The translations under genes were made by a program, and so were the position numbers. A stretch of 64,000 nucleotides of DNA. It comes from an uncultured Desulfospira sp. Its GTDB lineage: Bacteria; Desulfobacterota; Desulfobacteria; Desulfobacterales; Desulfobacteraceae. Below, piece after piece: positions 1 to 8,530 of this stretch (positions are counted from its first letter, which is position 1; each line of letters starts with the position of its first letter). Below the pieces are notes generated by a model. The model did no database searches. It was not told the DNA's origin and was given only the letters and a program-made list of their open reading frames with translations. Location: the NCBI GenBank assembly GCA_963663165.1, contig OY760175.1, positions 6,336,001 through 6,400,000 of the forward strand. The letters run 5' to 3'.

Positions 1-1379
1 TTTATTTTCCAATTCTCATATTCTGAAGGTCGCAACCGGTAACGGGCAATATTGCCTTCATGCAGGCCTATCAATTCCGTTTCGACAACTTCAACAAAAC
101 GCTCCCTTTCTTTTGACTCAATTTTTTCAATTGCACATTCTTTTATGTAAGACACAGCCATCTTTTTATTCATGCCGTCACGCACAACATTATTTACAAC
201 ATTGAAAATGGTTGCACGATGGCGAAGCCGGAAAGGATCTGGCTCCCCAAGTGAACTGCGGACAGCTGAATAGCGGTCGCAAGAACGCTCATATGCCCAT
301 ATAAAAACATCCCTGAGCAACGCCACTCTATTCAGTTCATATACCCCCATTAGCCCGTCAACATAAGCTTGTTCAGGCACATCTACAAATGAAAGTGGGC
401 ACAAATTATCTCGAATAAGGGGAATGTTTGCAGATAGGCGTGAAACCCTCTTGTTCACATCCTCGAATGGCTGGAGATACGGCAAATGAACCATCGCAAA
501 AAAAGCCTGTTCGAATGGGTTCTCTATTGCAGTGGCTTTCTCAAGCACTTGCGAAAAAGACTCTTCTATCCGCTGTGGTACTTCCAAGGGTATATATACT
601 GTCCCACTTATTCCGACTGGGATGGCGCGTAACTTTCCGCAGGCCCTTGAATCAGCCAGCAGGTTGTCAGAGAGAAGCGCATGAAGATTGCAAATTGTAT
701 AGCTGTTGAACCCGACTTCCTGCGCCTGTTCCACCAATAGTTCGATAGCCGCTTTATGGTTCAGAATCATTTGTGATTCTATCGCCTGTTTGCCCTCGGC
801 GACCTCTCCAAATTCAAGCAAACGATCAGTTTCAAGCAAAGAGTAAGTATTGCCCTCTAGACGGCTTGAATTCCATGACAGATCAATTAAAACACGATTA
901 AATACCTTGCGTGCATAGGTTCCGGCCGGCCTATGACCATCCGACGATTGGCCCTTTTCAAAAAGGCGCCGGCGAATCTCAAGAGAAAGGTAAAAGGTTT
1001 TATTAGGAATATACTCATCGATAAACCTTTGGTTATACCCGACAGGTTGACGGTTCTGAATCGGTTGGCGGACTACCTGCTTTATTTTCTCTCCCTCCCG
1101 GGAGACGGGAATATAAACCTCGCCATGAGACTCTAATTTAAGAGAAGGAAGCTTGGCATCTAATCCTGCTATTGCTTTCACAACATACCTGCTACTGCGT
1201 CCCCTGCCTTTTAAAATTAACTTCTTCTGTCCAACAAGGTTACTGAGACGGCGTTGCAGAGTCCGACGGGATAATTTTTCCATGACAATGCTGATATCTT
1301 TTATTGAGGCACCCTCAGGGAATTGACCAACGGCTTTCAGAACATCATCTAATTCATTTTGTGGTATATACTTTGGCAT
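1..1379 (-). CDS. Fic-domain protein with N-terminal HTH-like region; 3' end runs off the window
   Basis: Not in the ORF track (no stop codon in window). Manual translation from ATG 1379: MPKYIPQNE...LSRRTLQRRLSNLV...PAGTYARKVFNRVLIDLSWNSSRLEGNTYSLLET...YLQPFEDVNKRVSRLSANIP...HEGNIARYRLRPSEYENW. Contains a variant Fic motif and an SxxxEG/N inhibitory motif. Confidence 0.88.
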   Translation of the reverse strand, partial: MPKYIPQNELDDVLKAVGQFPEGASIKDISIVMEKLSRRTLQRRLSNLVGQKKLILKGRGRSSRYVVKAIAGLDAKLPSLKLESHGEVYIPVSREGEKIKQVVRQPIQNRQPVGYNQRFIDEYIPNKTFYLSLEIRRRLFEKGQSSDGHRPAGTYARKVFNRVLIDLSWNSSRLEGNTYSLLETDRLLEFGEVAEGKQAIESQMILNHKAAIELLVEQAQEVGFNSYTICNLHALLSDNLLADSRACGKLRAIPVGISGTVYIPLEVPQRIEESFSQVLEKATAIENPFEQAFFAMVHLPYLQPFEDVNKRVSRLSANIPLIRDNLCPLSFVDVPEQAYVDGLMGVYELNRVALLRDVFIWAYERSCDRYSAVRSSLGEPDPFRLRHRATIFNVVNNVVRDGMNKKMAVSYIKECAIEKIESKERERFVEVVETELIGLHEGNIARYRLRPSEYENWKI

Positions 1380-1385
1380 GATAAC

Positions 1386-1457
1386 TATATGGCACATTTT
1401 CTATAATTGCGCCATATTAATTTTTATATGGCGCAATTATAGAAAATGTGCCATATA
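1386..1457. promoter_or_regulatory. Perfect 32-bp inverted repeat with 8-nt spacer, immediately upstream of the Fic gene; candidate operator
   Basis: tatatggcacattttctataattgcgccatat (1386-1417) and its exact reverse complement (1426-1457). Confidence 0.7.
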
Positions 1458-1725
1458 AAAACAGGTGATAAAAGATCGACTATTGCCGACACTCAACAAA
1501 AAAATGCTGAATTTCGGGGACACGAGACAAAATTAAAATCGGCTTGCCAATATTTTTGTATCGTGTCCGTATGCCGTAACAGCTGTAATTCTGACCGGTT
1601 GAAGTCCTGTGGGAGAAATTGTCCGTACACCTCTTTAGCACCGGGAAGCAGCGTCTGGGTAACCAAAGGAAAGGGACCCTACTGTGTTCAAGCCACTAAC
1701 AAACGGAGGATCAGGAGATTGCAAT

Positions 1726-2030
1726 ATGCTATTAACTCCGGATAGAATCAGGACGCTTCAGAGGAAGCTTTATTGTAAAGCCAAGCAGGAACCGGATTTC
1801 CGTTTTTATTCTTTTATATGAAAGTCTCACTAACGTCCTGAGAAGACTTTCAATATTTGTTGTGGGCGGCTCTTGGTTGGATAACCAAAGCGGCCCGTGG
1901 CCGTTATACGACAAGGTCTATCGGGCAGATATCCTTGGTCATGCCTATTGCCTTGCCCGGGCTAATAAAGGTGCACCTGGAATAGACGGTGTCAGCTTTA
2001 AGTCCATAGAGAAGGATGAAATTGAGGTTA
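1726..2030 (+). pseudogene. ltrA: Group II intron reverse transcriptase/maturase N-terminal fragment, interrupted and truncated
   Basis: [29 protein letters not shown] [91-bp insert] [36 protein letters not shown], the typical RT0 region. Similarity is lost after about 2030. Confidence 0.85.
1813..1903. mobile_element. 91-bp non-autonomous hairpin mini-element (family A), copy 1, inserted in the RT
   Basis: Deleting 1813-1903 restores TCT TTA TAC GAC AAG (SLYDK). 1812-1907 matches the reverse complement of 45010-45105 with 7 differences in 96 nt. Confidence 0.85.
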
Positions 2031-2232
2031 GAAGTCCCCGGCAACTGCCGAGGACGTTTCTTAATCAGTGCTCTACTCTACCCCGAATTCTGCTACCCCG
2101 AATTCTGTCCCCCGAATTCGCGCTACCAGAAGCAATAGTGGTCATTCAGCGAGCCATACTCAACATATTGAACAGGTCCGTTTTTTGGATGGCCTTGCCC
2201 CGGACTTTTTTTGTTTTCTATATCCAGTCTTA

Positions 2233-2272
2233 AATCTTGCTCCCGACTGTGGATTTGAGCCGGAGCAAGATT
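2233..2272. repeat. AATCTTGCTC...GAGCAAGATT hairpin repeat (family C), copy 1
   Basis: 11-bp arms; the same arms and an internal ATTTGAGC recur at 30708-30761. Confidence 0.6.
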
Positions 2273-2342
2273 AAGGGCAAGAGTATGAAAAAAAGGTCAA
2301 TTCATCGGCTGGAGGCTGTAATTCTTTGTTATCACGCAGCAA

Positions 2343-4802
2343 TTACGGCGCGGGCGTTGTGTTTTCCTTCAGGTCAAAGTAGAATTTTACCGCAAGGGAC
2401 AAAGAGGCCAGTTTGGACTGGGTGGAGTCTCCCCGGGAGGTGAGGATCAGCGGCATGTCGCCGCAGAGGATGACACCGGCCAGGGCGGCGCCGGACTGGG
2501 TTGTCAGGGTCTTCCACAACACGTTGCCGGCATCGATGTCCGGTAAAATCAGCACATCGGCGTTGCCCCTGATTTTGCCCGTATAGTGTTTCTCTTCGGC
2601 AATGGCCGGCTCCATGGCCACGTCAATGGACAGCGGGCCTTCCACAATACAGTCGTCCCGGCCGGCAAACCGCTGGGCAATCCGTTCGGCTTCAATGGAG
2701 CTGTCCACGCTCCGGTTCACATTCTCAACCGCTGAAATCACGGCCACTTTGGGAACTTTGATGTTCAGGTTATGGACCACCTTTAAGGCGTTTTCAAGAA
2801 TGGCCACCCGCTTTGCCTCATCGGGATAGGTGTTCAGGGCCCCGTCGGAAAAGGCCAAGAGCTTGCTTCTGGTGGGAATGTCCACAATGGCGGTGTGGCT
2901 CATGACCTGGCCTTTGACCAGCCGGCCTGTTCGTTTCAGGTACTTGATGATGCCCCTTAAAATGTCTTCGGTGTGGATCAGCCCTTTCATGAGAATGTCC
3001 ACCTTGCCTTCATCCAGCAGCTCAATGGCCTTGTCAATGGGATTTTCCGTATCCACAATGGTATAATTTTCATTGTCAATGACCAGGTCATACTCATAGG
3101 CGATCCGGTTAATCTCCTGAAAGTCACCCAAAAGGACAAATTTGGCCAGCCTGAACCGCCCCTCTTCATTGGCCCGTTTGGCCGCCTGGATGGCCTCTTC
3201 GTTATTGGCCCCGACAATGGCGATGGCCGGGGCATAGTTCTCCTTGACCGTGAGATAGGCCGCGTCAATCACATCATCTATGGAGGTTAGGGGAGCGCCT
3301 TTTTTCTTGAACCGGATTTCCCGCTTGAAAATGGTGGTGTCAATGAGCTCATCTTCGGCGTGCCGTTTTTTTCTTAAGGCGTCCCGCTCGGTTTCATAAT
3401 CTTTTAATATTTCCGGCGCGTAGAACCCCTGGATCTGTCCGGCTGCCAGGGCTTCGTTCTCAAAATATCCGGGCATGACCACCACCGGGTAACGGCCCCG
3501 GATGTTGTGCTTGACCCTTCGCATCATGTCCGGGTTGGCGGCAAGGCCGCCGGTGATCACCATGACCTTGACATTGGCCCCGTCAGCGGTCAGCTTTAAC
3601 ATGCCGCCGGCAATGCCCCGGGCCAGGAAATCCTGGACCAGGCCGATTTTTTTTCTCTGTACCGGGGTTGCCCCCTGGCGCAGGAAAGCGAGCATGGCGT
3701 AAAAATCATTGGTCCCCACCAGGGACAACAGGCCGCCCCGCTCGGTCAGCACCTGCCCTAAGTCCTTGAGGGAAAATTCATTGTTCTTAATGGCGGAAAG
3801 GACCCTGTCAATATCAAGGGCGCCGCTCCGGCTGGTGGAGGCCAGGCCTGAATAGGCATCAATGAGCATGCTGACCCGACCCCTTCTATGGGCCGCCAAA
3901 GATGTCCCCCCGCCCACATGGGCGGTTACGGCATCAAGCTGTTCCGGTTCCTGATTCATCAGGGATGCCACCAGCCGCCATACGGCCTTATGGCTTAAAT
4001 AATGGCCGCCGGCACCGTTTCGTTTGATCTTCACGAACCCGGTCACCCGGTCGACAAGGTCAAGTTCGTCACAGACAAAGGGATCGGTGGTGGTCAACAG
4101 CAGTTCCTTCTGGCTGTCGGCCAGTTCGGCCAGTTTCAGTCCCATGGAGATCCCCATATTGCTGGCGTGGGGGCGCAGGGGGGTTTCCACAAGGTCCGTG
4201 ACCATTTCGGGGACCACCCGGTAGGTGCCGCTGGGGATGGGCTGCAAAAAACCGCCCTGGCAGGCAATGCCGGAAAGGGTCTTAAGGGGGATGCCGGCCT
4301 GCTCTAAATGGGCGGCCACCGAGGCGACCCGGTGTTCAATGCCGTCGGCCTCATCGGGCAGCAGGTGGATTTCAAACTTGTGGATCTGCTCTACCCCCTG
4401 GTAAACGGCGATCCGTGTGGATACGGTGCCCGGGTTAATCAACAAAAATTTAAGGTTGCCCTCTAAAGCCTCCCCCACCAGGGGGTCACCCACCAGGCGG
4501 CGGACCACGAAGGCCTTGGCATTGCCTTTGCGCTCCATTTCAAGCATCAGGGTCAGGGCGTTGCCGAGAATGGCATTGACCTGGGCGGACGGCGGGGATT
4601 TGAGCAAAACGTCAATCACCGAAGCCAGCTCGCTTTTGGCCATCAGCAGATCTGAGGCACTGGGCTCCTCTTTTATTAACTGCGCCAGTTCTGCGAACCA
4701 AACATCGCTTGATACAGAAAGCTGCCGCTCAAAGGCCGACATGGATACACTGATTTTACCAATTTGAGCTACTGTTTCAAGCACTCTGTCACGAAGTTCC
4801 AC
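2343..4802 (-). CDS. Butyrate kinase-like domain fused to phosphate butyryltransferase, with ~115-aa N-terminal extension
   Basis: Buk motifs LINPGTVST, HASNMG, DPFVCDE, AHVGGGTS, ITGGLA. Ptb motifs LMKGLIHT, VEGPLSIDVA, PDIDAGN, LTSRGDS. SD aaggag before GTG. Confidence 0.88.
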   Translation of the reverse strand: MELRDRVLETVAQIGKISVSMSAFERQLSVSSDVWFAELAQLIKEEPSASDLLMAKSELASVIDVLLKSPPSAQVNAILGNALTLMLEMERKGNAKAFVVRRLVGDPLVGEALEGNLKFLLINPGTVSTRIAVYQGVEQIHKFEIHLLPDEADGIEHRVASVAAHLEQAGIPLKTLSGIACQGGFLQPIPSGTYRVVPEMVTDLVETPLRPHASNMGISMGLKLAELADSQKELLLTTTDPFVCDELDLVDRVTGFVKIKRNGAGGHYLSHKAVWRLVASLMNQEPEQLDAVTAHVGGGTSLAAHRRGRVSMLIDAYSGLASTSRSGALDIDRVLSAIKNNEFSLKDLGQVLTERGGLLSLVGTNDFYAMLAFLRQGATPVQRKKIGLVQDFLARGIAGGMLKLTADGANVKVMVITGGLAANPDMMRRVKHNIRGRYPVVVMPGYFENEALAAGQIQGFYAPEILKDYETERDALRKKRHAEDELIDTTIFKREIRFKKKGAPLTSIDDVIDAAYLTVKENYAPAIAIVGANNEEAIQAAKRANEEGRFRLAKFVLLGDFQEINRIAYEYDLVIDNENYTIVDTENPIDKAIELLDEGKVDILMKGLIHTEDILRGIIKYLKRTGRLVKGQVMSHTAIVDIPTRSKLLAFSDGALNTYPDEAKRVAILENALKVVHNLNIKVPKVAVISAVENVNRSVDSSIEAERIAQRFAGRDDCIVEGPLSIDVAMEPAIAEEKHYTGKIRGNADVLILPDIDAGNVLWKTLTTQSGAALAGVILCGDMPLILTSRGDSTQSKLASLSLAVKFYFDLKENTTPAP

Positions 4803-4811
4803 ACGTTCTCC

Positions 4812-6677
4812 TTACTTTTCTTCTAAATCTTCGGCCGGGCTGGAATTCGCCCCAAGGCCGGTATCTTCAACGGCTGCGTCTTCTTCTGATGCCATACGGC
4901 GAAGCATGGGCCTGAATAATTTTCCGGTCACCGTCCTTGGCATCTGCTTTGTGATAATGATTTTTTCAGGGACGGCAAAATCACCGATTTTTTCACAAAT
5001 ATAGTCTGATAATATTGACATAACCCTCTGGTCGTCCTCAATGTCCTTTCTGGGAACCACAAAGGCGGCCAGTTCTTCTCCGGATGGCCCTGGCACGCCG
5101 ATCACTGCGGCTTCATTCACGTCGGGATGGGCTGAAATCATGGTCTCAATCAGCGAGGTGTCCAAAGACTGCCCCTTAATTTTGAGGACATTGTCCAGAC
5201 GCTCCATAAACCAGAAAAATCCGTCCTGGTCGGACCTGACCCCGTCATAGGTGAGGAAATATCCGGGAAACCGGCAAAAATGCCTTTTCTTAAAGTGATC
5301 AAAGGTGCCAAAGGTCGGCTTGGCCATGGCGGGCCATGACCCGGCAAATACCAGGTTGCCGCTCACGTTTGTTTTGCATGGCTGGCCAAGGTCGCTCATG
5401 GTCAGCGGCTCAACCCCTAAGGCGCCGAATCCCAGTGCGCCGGGCTGGTTTAACCCCGGGGAGGGGTAAGTATGAATCAGGGCCGTACCGCTTTTGCTCT
5501 GCACCCACAGGTTGACCACCCGCTCGGGAAACTGGACCAGGGTGCCGGCGGCAAATTTGATCAGCCGGGGGGGCAGGGCGTCTTCACAACAGGCAACGAC
5601 TGAAAACCGGTTCGGGCTGTTCAGTGTGTCGCTGCCCAGTTGGCTTCTAATGTCCGACAGCAGGGTGGGGCGGCAGATCAACGCGGGATTTTTTGTGTTT
5701 TCAAGGATATATTCAATGGTTTGTTTTTCCGGCGCGTCTTGGGTCATCATAATCGGCGTGCCGTTGAGCAGCGGCCCCCAAAGGCCATAGGCCTGGCCGT
5801 GGCCTTTGGACAGGTCAATGGCGGTAACCAGGGTTTCGGGTTTGTCCGGGGACAGTGCCTGATTGAATATTAAATCAAAAGAAGTATGGGCCTGGACCAG
5901 AAATCCACCCGTAGAAAAAACCGCTCCCATATGTTTGCCGGACAGGCGGTTTCCGTATATGGCAAACAACGGATGATCCGCTAAGGGATATGCCGGTTCC
6001 GGCCGTTGGGAAGGGGCAGAAGACATATAGTCCGAAAAGGTCTTCAGATCCCCTAACTTTTCCCCCACCACGATGCCGTCAATGGACGGCATCAGGTCAT
6101 AAACGGCTTTGGCGTGGTCATGGCCGTCACTGTCTTCGGGCCGGTTGGCCATGATGATCAGCCTGGACCTGGATGTTTTGACATCTGAGGCGGCAACTTC
6201 TGCCGGCAGATGGCCGCCAATGGGCAGATAGGTGATGCCAAGATAGGCGGCGGCCAGGGCAGTAATGACAAATTCAGGGCAGTGCGGCAGGATCAGGGCA
6301 ATGCAGTCCCCCTCTTTGAGTCCGTTTTTCTGGAAGGCGGCGGCCAGCTTGAGGACCTCCTCTTTGAGTTCATTGAAGGTATAGGTTACGGTGTCTTTGG
6401 CCTGCCGGTAAAAGATAAGGGCCGTCTGGTCTCCGAGCCCCTGTTCGATGGGCCTGTTAAGGGCATTTTCAGCCGCGTTGATTCTGCCGTTACAAAACCA
6501 GGAATAAGCCACTTTGGAGAAATCTTCCTGAACCACCGCGGTAAAGTTTTTATGCCAGTTCAAGCGCCCGGCCTGTCCGGACCAGAACTGCTCCCGGTGG
6601 TCAAGCGCCTGCCGTTGCAAAAGCCGAAATTCGTTGAGACGACCGGGCAGTTTCTGCATAAAGTCAAATTGTTCCAT
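4812..6677 (-). CDS. Acetyl-CoA synthetase-like (ANL family) protein with degenerate motifs
   Basis: Acs-type N-terminus (FWSGQAGRLNW...WFCNGRINAAENAL), IETMISAHPDVNEAAVIG, PRTVTGK. Start placed at ATG 6677 after SD gaggagga. Confidence 0.82.
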   Translation of the reverse strand: MEQFDFMQKLPGRLNEFRLLQRQALDHREQFWSGQAGRLNWHKNFTAVVQEDFSKVAYSWFCNGRINAAENALNRPIEQGLGDQTALIFYRQAKDTVTYTFNELKEEVLKLAAAFQKNGLKEGDCIALILPHCPEFVITALAAAYLGITYLPIGGHLPAEVAASDVKTSRSRLIIMANRPEDSDGHDHAKAVYDLMPSIDGIVVGEKLGDLKTFSDYMSSAPSQRPEPAYPLADHPLFAIYGNRLSGKHMGAVFSTGGFLVQAHTSFDLIFNQALSPDKPETLVTAIDLSKGHGQAYGLWGPLLNGTPIMMTQDAPEKQTIEYILENTKNPALICRPTLLSDIRSQLGSDTLNSPNRFSVVACCEDALPPRLIKFAAGTLVQFPERVVNLWVQSKSGTALIHTYPSPGLNQPGALGFGALGVEPLTMSDLGQPCKTNVSGNLVFAGSWPAMAKPTFGTFDHFKKRHFCRFPGYFLTYDGVRSDQDGFFWFMERLDNVLKIKGQSLDTSLIETMISAHPDVNEAAVIGVPGPSGEELAAFVVPRKDIEDDQRVMSILSDYICEKIGDFAVPEKIIITKQMPRTVTGKLFRPMLRRMASEEDAAVEDTGLGANSSPAEDLEEK

Positions 6678-6806
6678 GGGGTCCTCCTCAAATTGAACCA
6701 TTCACAGGGGTTATGTCTGGGCCTTGGATCCGGGCGGCCTGGCGGGTTAAAGTGCTCCTAACCAGCTGTCCGGACAAGGGTTTTTGATCAGGTGGTTGTA
6801 CCAATA

Positions 6807-6866
6807 ATAACGGCCACGGGCCGCCTTGGTTATCCAACCAAGAACCGCCCACAACGAATAATGAAA
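6807..6866. repeat. Family A mini-element, partial copy
   Basis: ataacggccacgggccgccttggttatccaaccaagaaccgcccacaacgaataatgaaa matches the start of 45010-45105, then diverges. Confidence 0.8.
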
Positions 6867-7061
6867 CTGAAGATACCAGCAACGGTAGACTATAAATTGG
6901 GCACCGCAGGTGCTTCGCCCTCTTGTCTCTTGTCTCCAGTTTCTTATAAAAAGGCAAAACAAAAGCTGATTCCTTTGTTTTTTTAAGCGTTGATACGGGT
7001 TTGGGATTGGATAAAACCATATGGTCCGGCTTGCGGCCTTTTTTTTGCAATTGTTCACGGT

Positions 7062-7604
7062 TCAGGCGCCCTGTTTTTCCCCCTGCTCCCTTGCCGGGGC
7101 GCCGTTCCGGGGCGGCAATTGAATATGAACACAGCCCTTGTCCGGTTGATCCTGAAATAATCTAAACCCTTCCATCATACCGGCGGCATATGTGACCTTT
7201 TTATCAGGAGGGCCTAAAATCAGCGGGGGCTTTTGGCTTCCGGGGACCGTGGCAACTGATTCAGGATATTCCCCGGCATCGGTCATTGGCACGATGTAAA
7301 TTCCGGCAATTGATTCGGCTGTGAAATAGGGGAACACAATTCCCGGCGGCAAAAAAAATGAGCCTTGTCCTGCAAGTCCCCAGGTGTGGTATGACCGGTT
7401 CTGGCCGAATTTGTTCCATCCAAGGGACATTCGGCCTGCAAAGTCAAGGGATATGCCCTGGCGGTATAAAAAGACCAGGGGATCTTCGTTGTTTTTTCCC
7501 CACAGATGATGGCGGGCTCTGACGGCAAAGGCCCTGGCCTTTTTCTGCCAGGTCAGGGCATCAGTACACAGGGTGGTTTCTAACGAACTATGGTGTTTCA
7601 TCAA
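7062..7604 (-). CDS. Hypothetical protein, possibly related to the core of phage-type primases
   Basis: 180-aa ORF; LGWN...WGL...LPPGIVFP pattern; no zinc finger. Confidence 0.55.
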   Translation of the reverse strand: MMKHHSSLETTLCTDALTWQKKARAFAVRARHHLWGKNNEDPLVFLYRQGISLDFAGRMSLGWNKFGQNRSYHTWGLAGQGSFFLPPGIVFPYFTAESIAGIYIVPMTDAGEYPESVATVPGSQKPPLILGPPDKKVTYAAGMMEGFRLFQDQPDKGCVHIQLPPRNGAPAREQGEKQGA

Positions 7605-7803
7605 TCTCTTTATTTCATCAGCAGGGCCTTTCCCGATGCTAAGGGGAGTTGCTTTTAAACCCTGCAGGGTACCTTATATTTCTGCGCCATCATTGCCCAG
7701 GCAAAGTGTTTTGTCAAGTTCGGAAAATGTTTTGCCAGATCCATGGGTTAAGCCGGATTCTAATATCCAAAGAAATAATGATAAGCACCGGATTACAGCG
7801 CTT

Positions 7804-8352
7804 TTATTTTACCGTGTAACAGATACCGCCGATATTGGTGACGGTATTGGGCCCATTGTTATAGGCCAGGCCGTTTCCAGTTAACAGGGCTGTGGCATCG
7901 ATGCCAAACGCCTCAACCGAGTATACGGCATCTTCAGGGCTCCGGCAGGGTTTGTTTTCGATATAAGAACAGGTCTCGCACAGGGTGCAGGCCCCGGCAC
8001 CGAGAACCATGAAATTAACATCCGGCTCCCCGGCTTTAATTGCTTTTCTAAGGTTTCGTATTCTGGCCTGGAAATCTTTGGCGGCGGTAACCATTCCTTC
8101 CCAGTCAAAGCTGTCCTCAAGCGGGTAAACTTTATTGAGGATCATAAAATGGGGGTAGGCGCGCACCCGGGATGAAAGAATTTCAACCGGTTCAAGGGCC
8201 GGCGGACAGGTCCAGCTTTTGCCGACTTTCCCGCACATATTCTGCTGGCACATTTGGCGGACTTCCTCGGAAAAAGGAATCCTGGATGAGTCAATGGGTT
8301 TGGCGTGGTCGAAAAATTCGAGGGCGGTTTTGATCAGTTGTTCGGTGGTCAA
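7804..8352 (-). CDS. DUF2284 family Cys-rich metal-binding protein
   Basis: VRQMCQQNMCG...SWTCPP and GACTLCETC...PCRSP...SVEAFGID. Confidence 0.85.
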   Translation of the reverse strand: MTTEQLIKTALEFFDHAKPIDSSRIPFSEEVRQMCQQNMCGKVGKSWTCPPALEPVEILSSRVRAYPHFMILNKVYPLEDSFDWEGMVTAAKDFQARIRNLRKAIKAGEPDVNFMVLGAGACTLCETCSYIENKPCRSPEDAVYSVEAFGIDATALLTGNGLAYNNGPNTVTNIGGICYTVK

Positions 8353-8530
8353 TGGGGTTTGGGCTCCTTAACGGTTTGATATGCCGTTTTAATTTGGATG
8401 AAATCATATAGCAAAGAAGGGAGGTCGGAAGACCGGAAGACCGGAAAGCGATGCGCTTCGGGGTTACGCATTCCGGTCTTCCATCATTTTGAGATTAACC
8501 TGCTGAAGATAAAGCGTATTCCATTTCCCT

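Larger units (their letters stand above)
1563..2030 (+). mobile_element. Group II intron remnant (short 5' RNA segment plus start of the RT gene)
   Basis: GTGTCCG...GGTTGAAGTCC 5' segment, then SD aggag and an RT N-terminus. The RT core and domains V/VI are absent. The 5' boundary is approximate. Confidence 0.6.

Noticed and set aside
1726..2030. RT fragment as a retron, DGR or defence RT
   Set aside because: The sequence matches the N-terminus of group II intron maturases; there is no catalytic core, template/variable repeat pair or accessory gene.
1862..2233. 123-aa ORF as a real gene
   Set aside because: It is a chimera of mini-element sequence, RT remnant and downstream repeats.
6700..6800. 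GC-rich leader of the Acs-like gene as a riboswitch
   Set aside because: No known aptamer consensus recognised; an Rfam search would be needed.
6688..7058. 120-aa and 103-aa minus-strand ORFs upstream of the Acs-like gene
   Set aside because: They run through the family A repeat and a heptamer tract and show no recognisable protein features.
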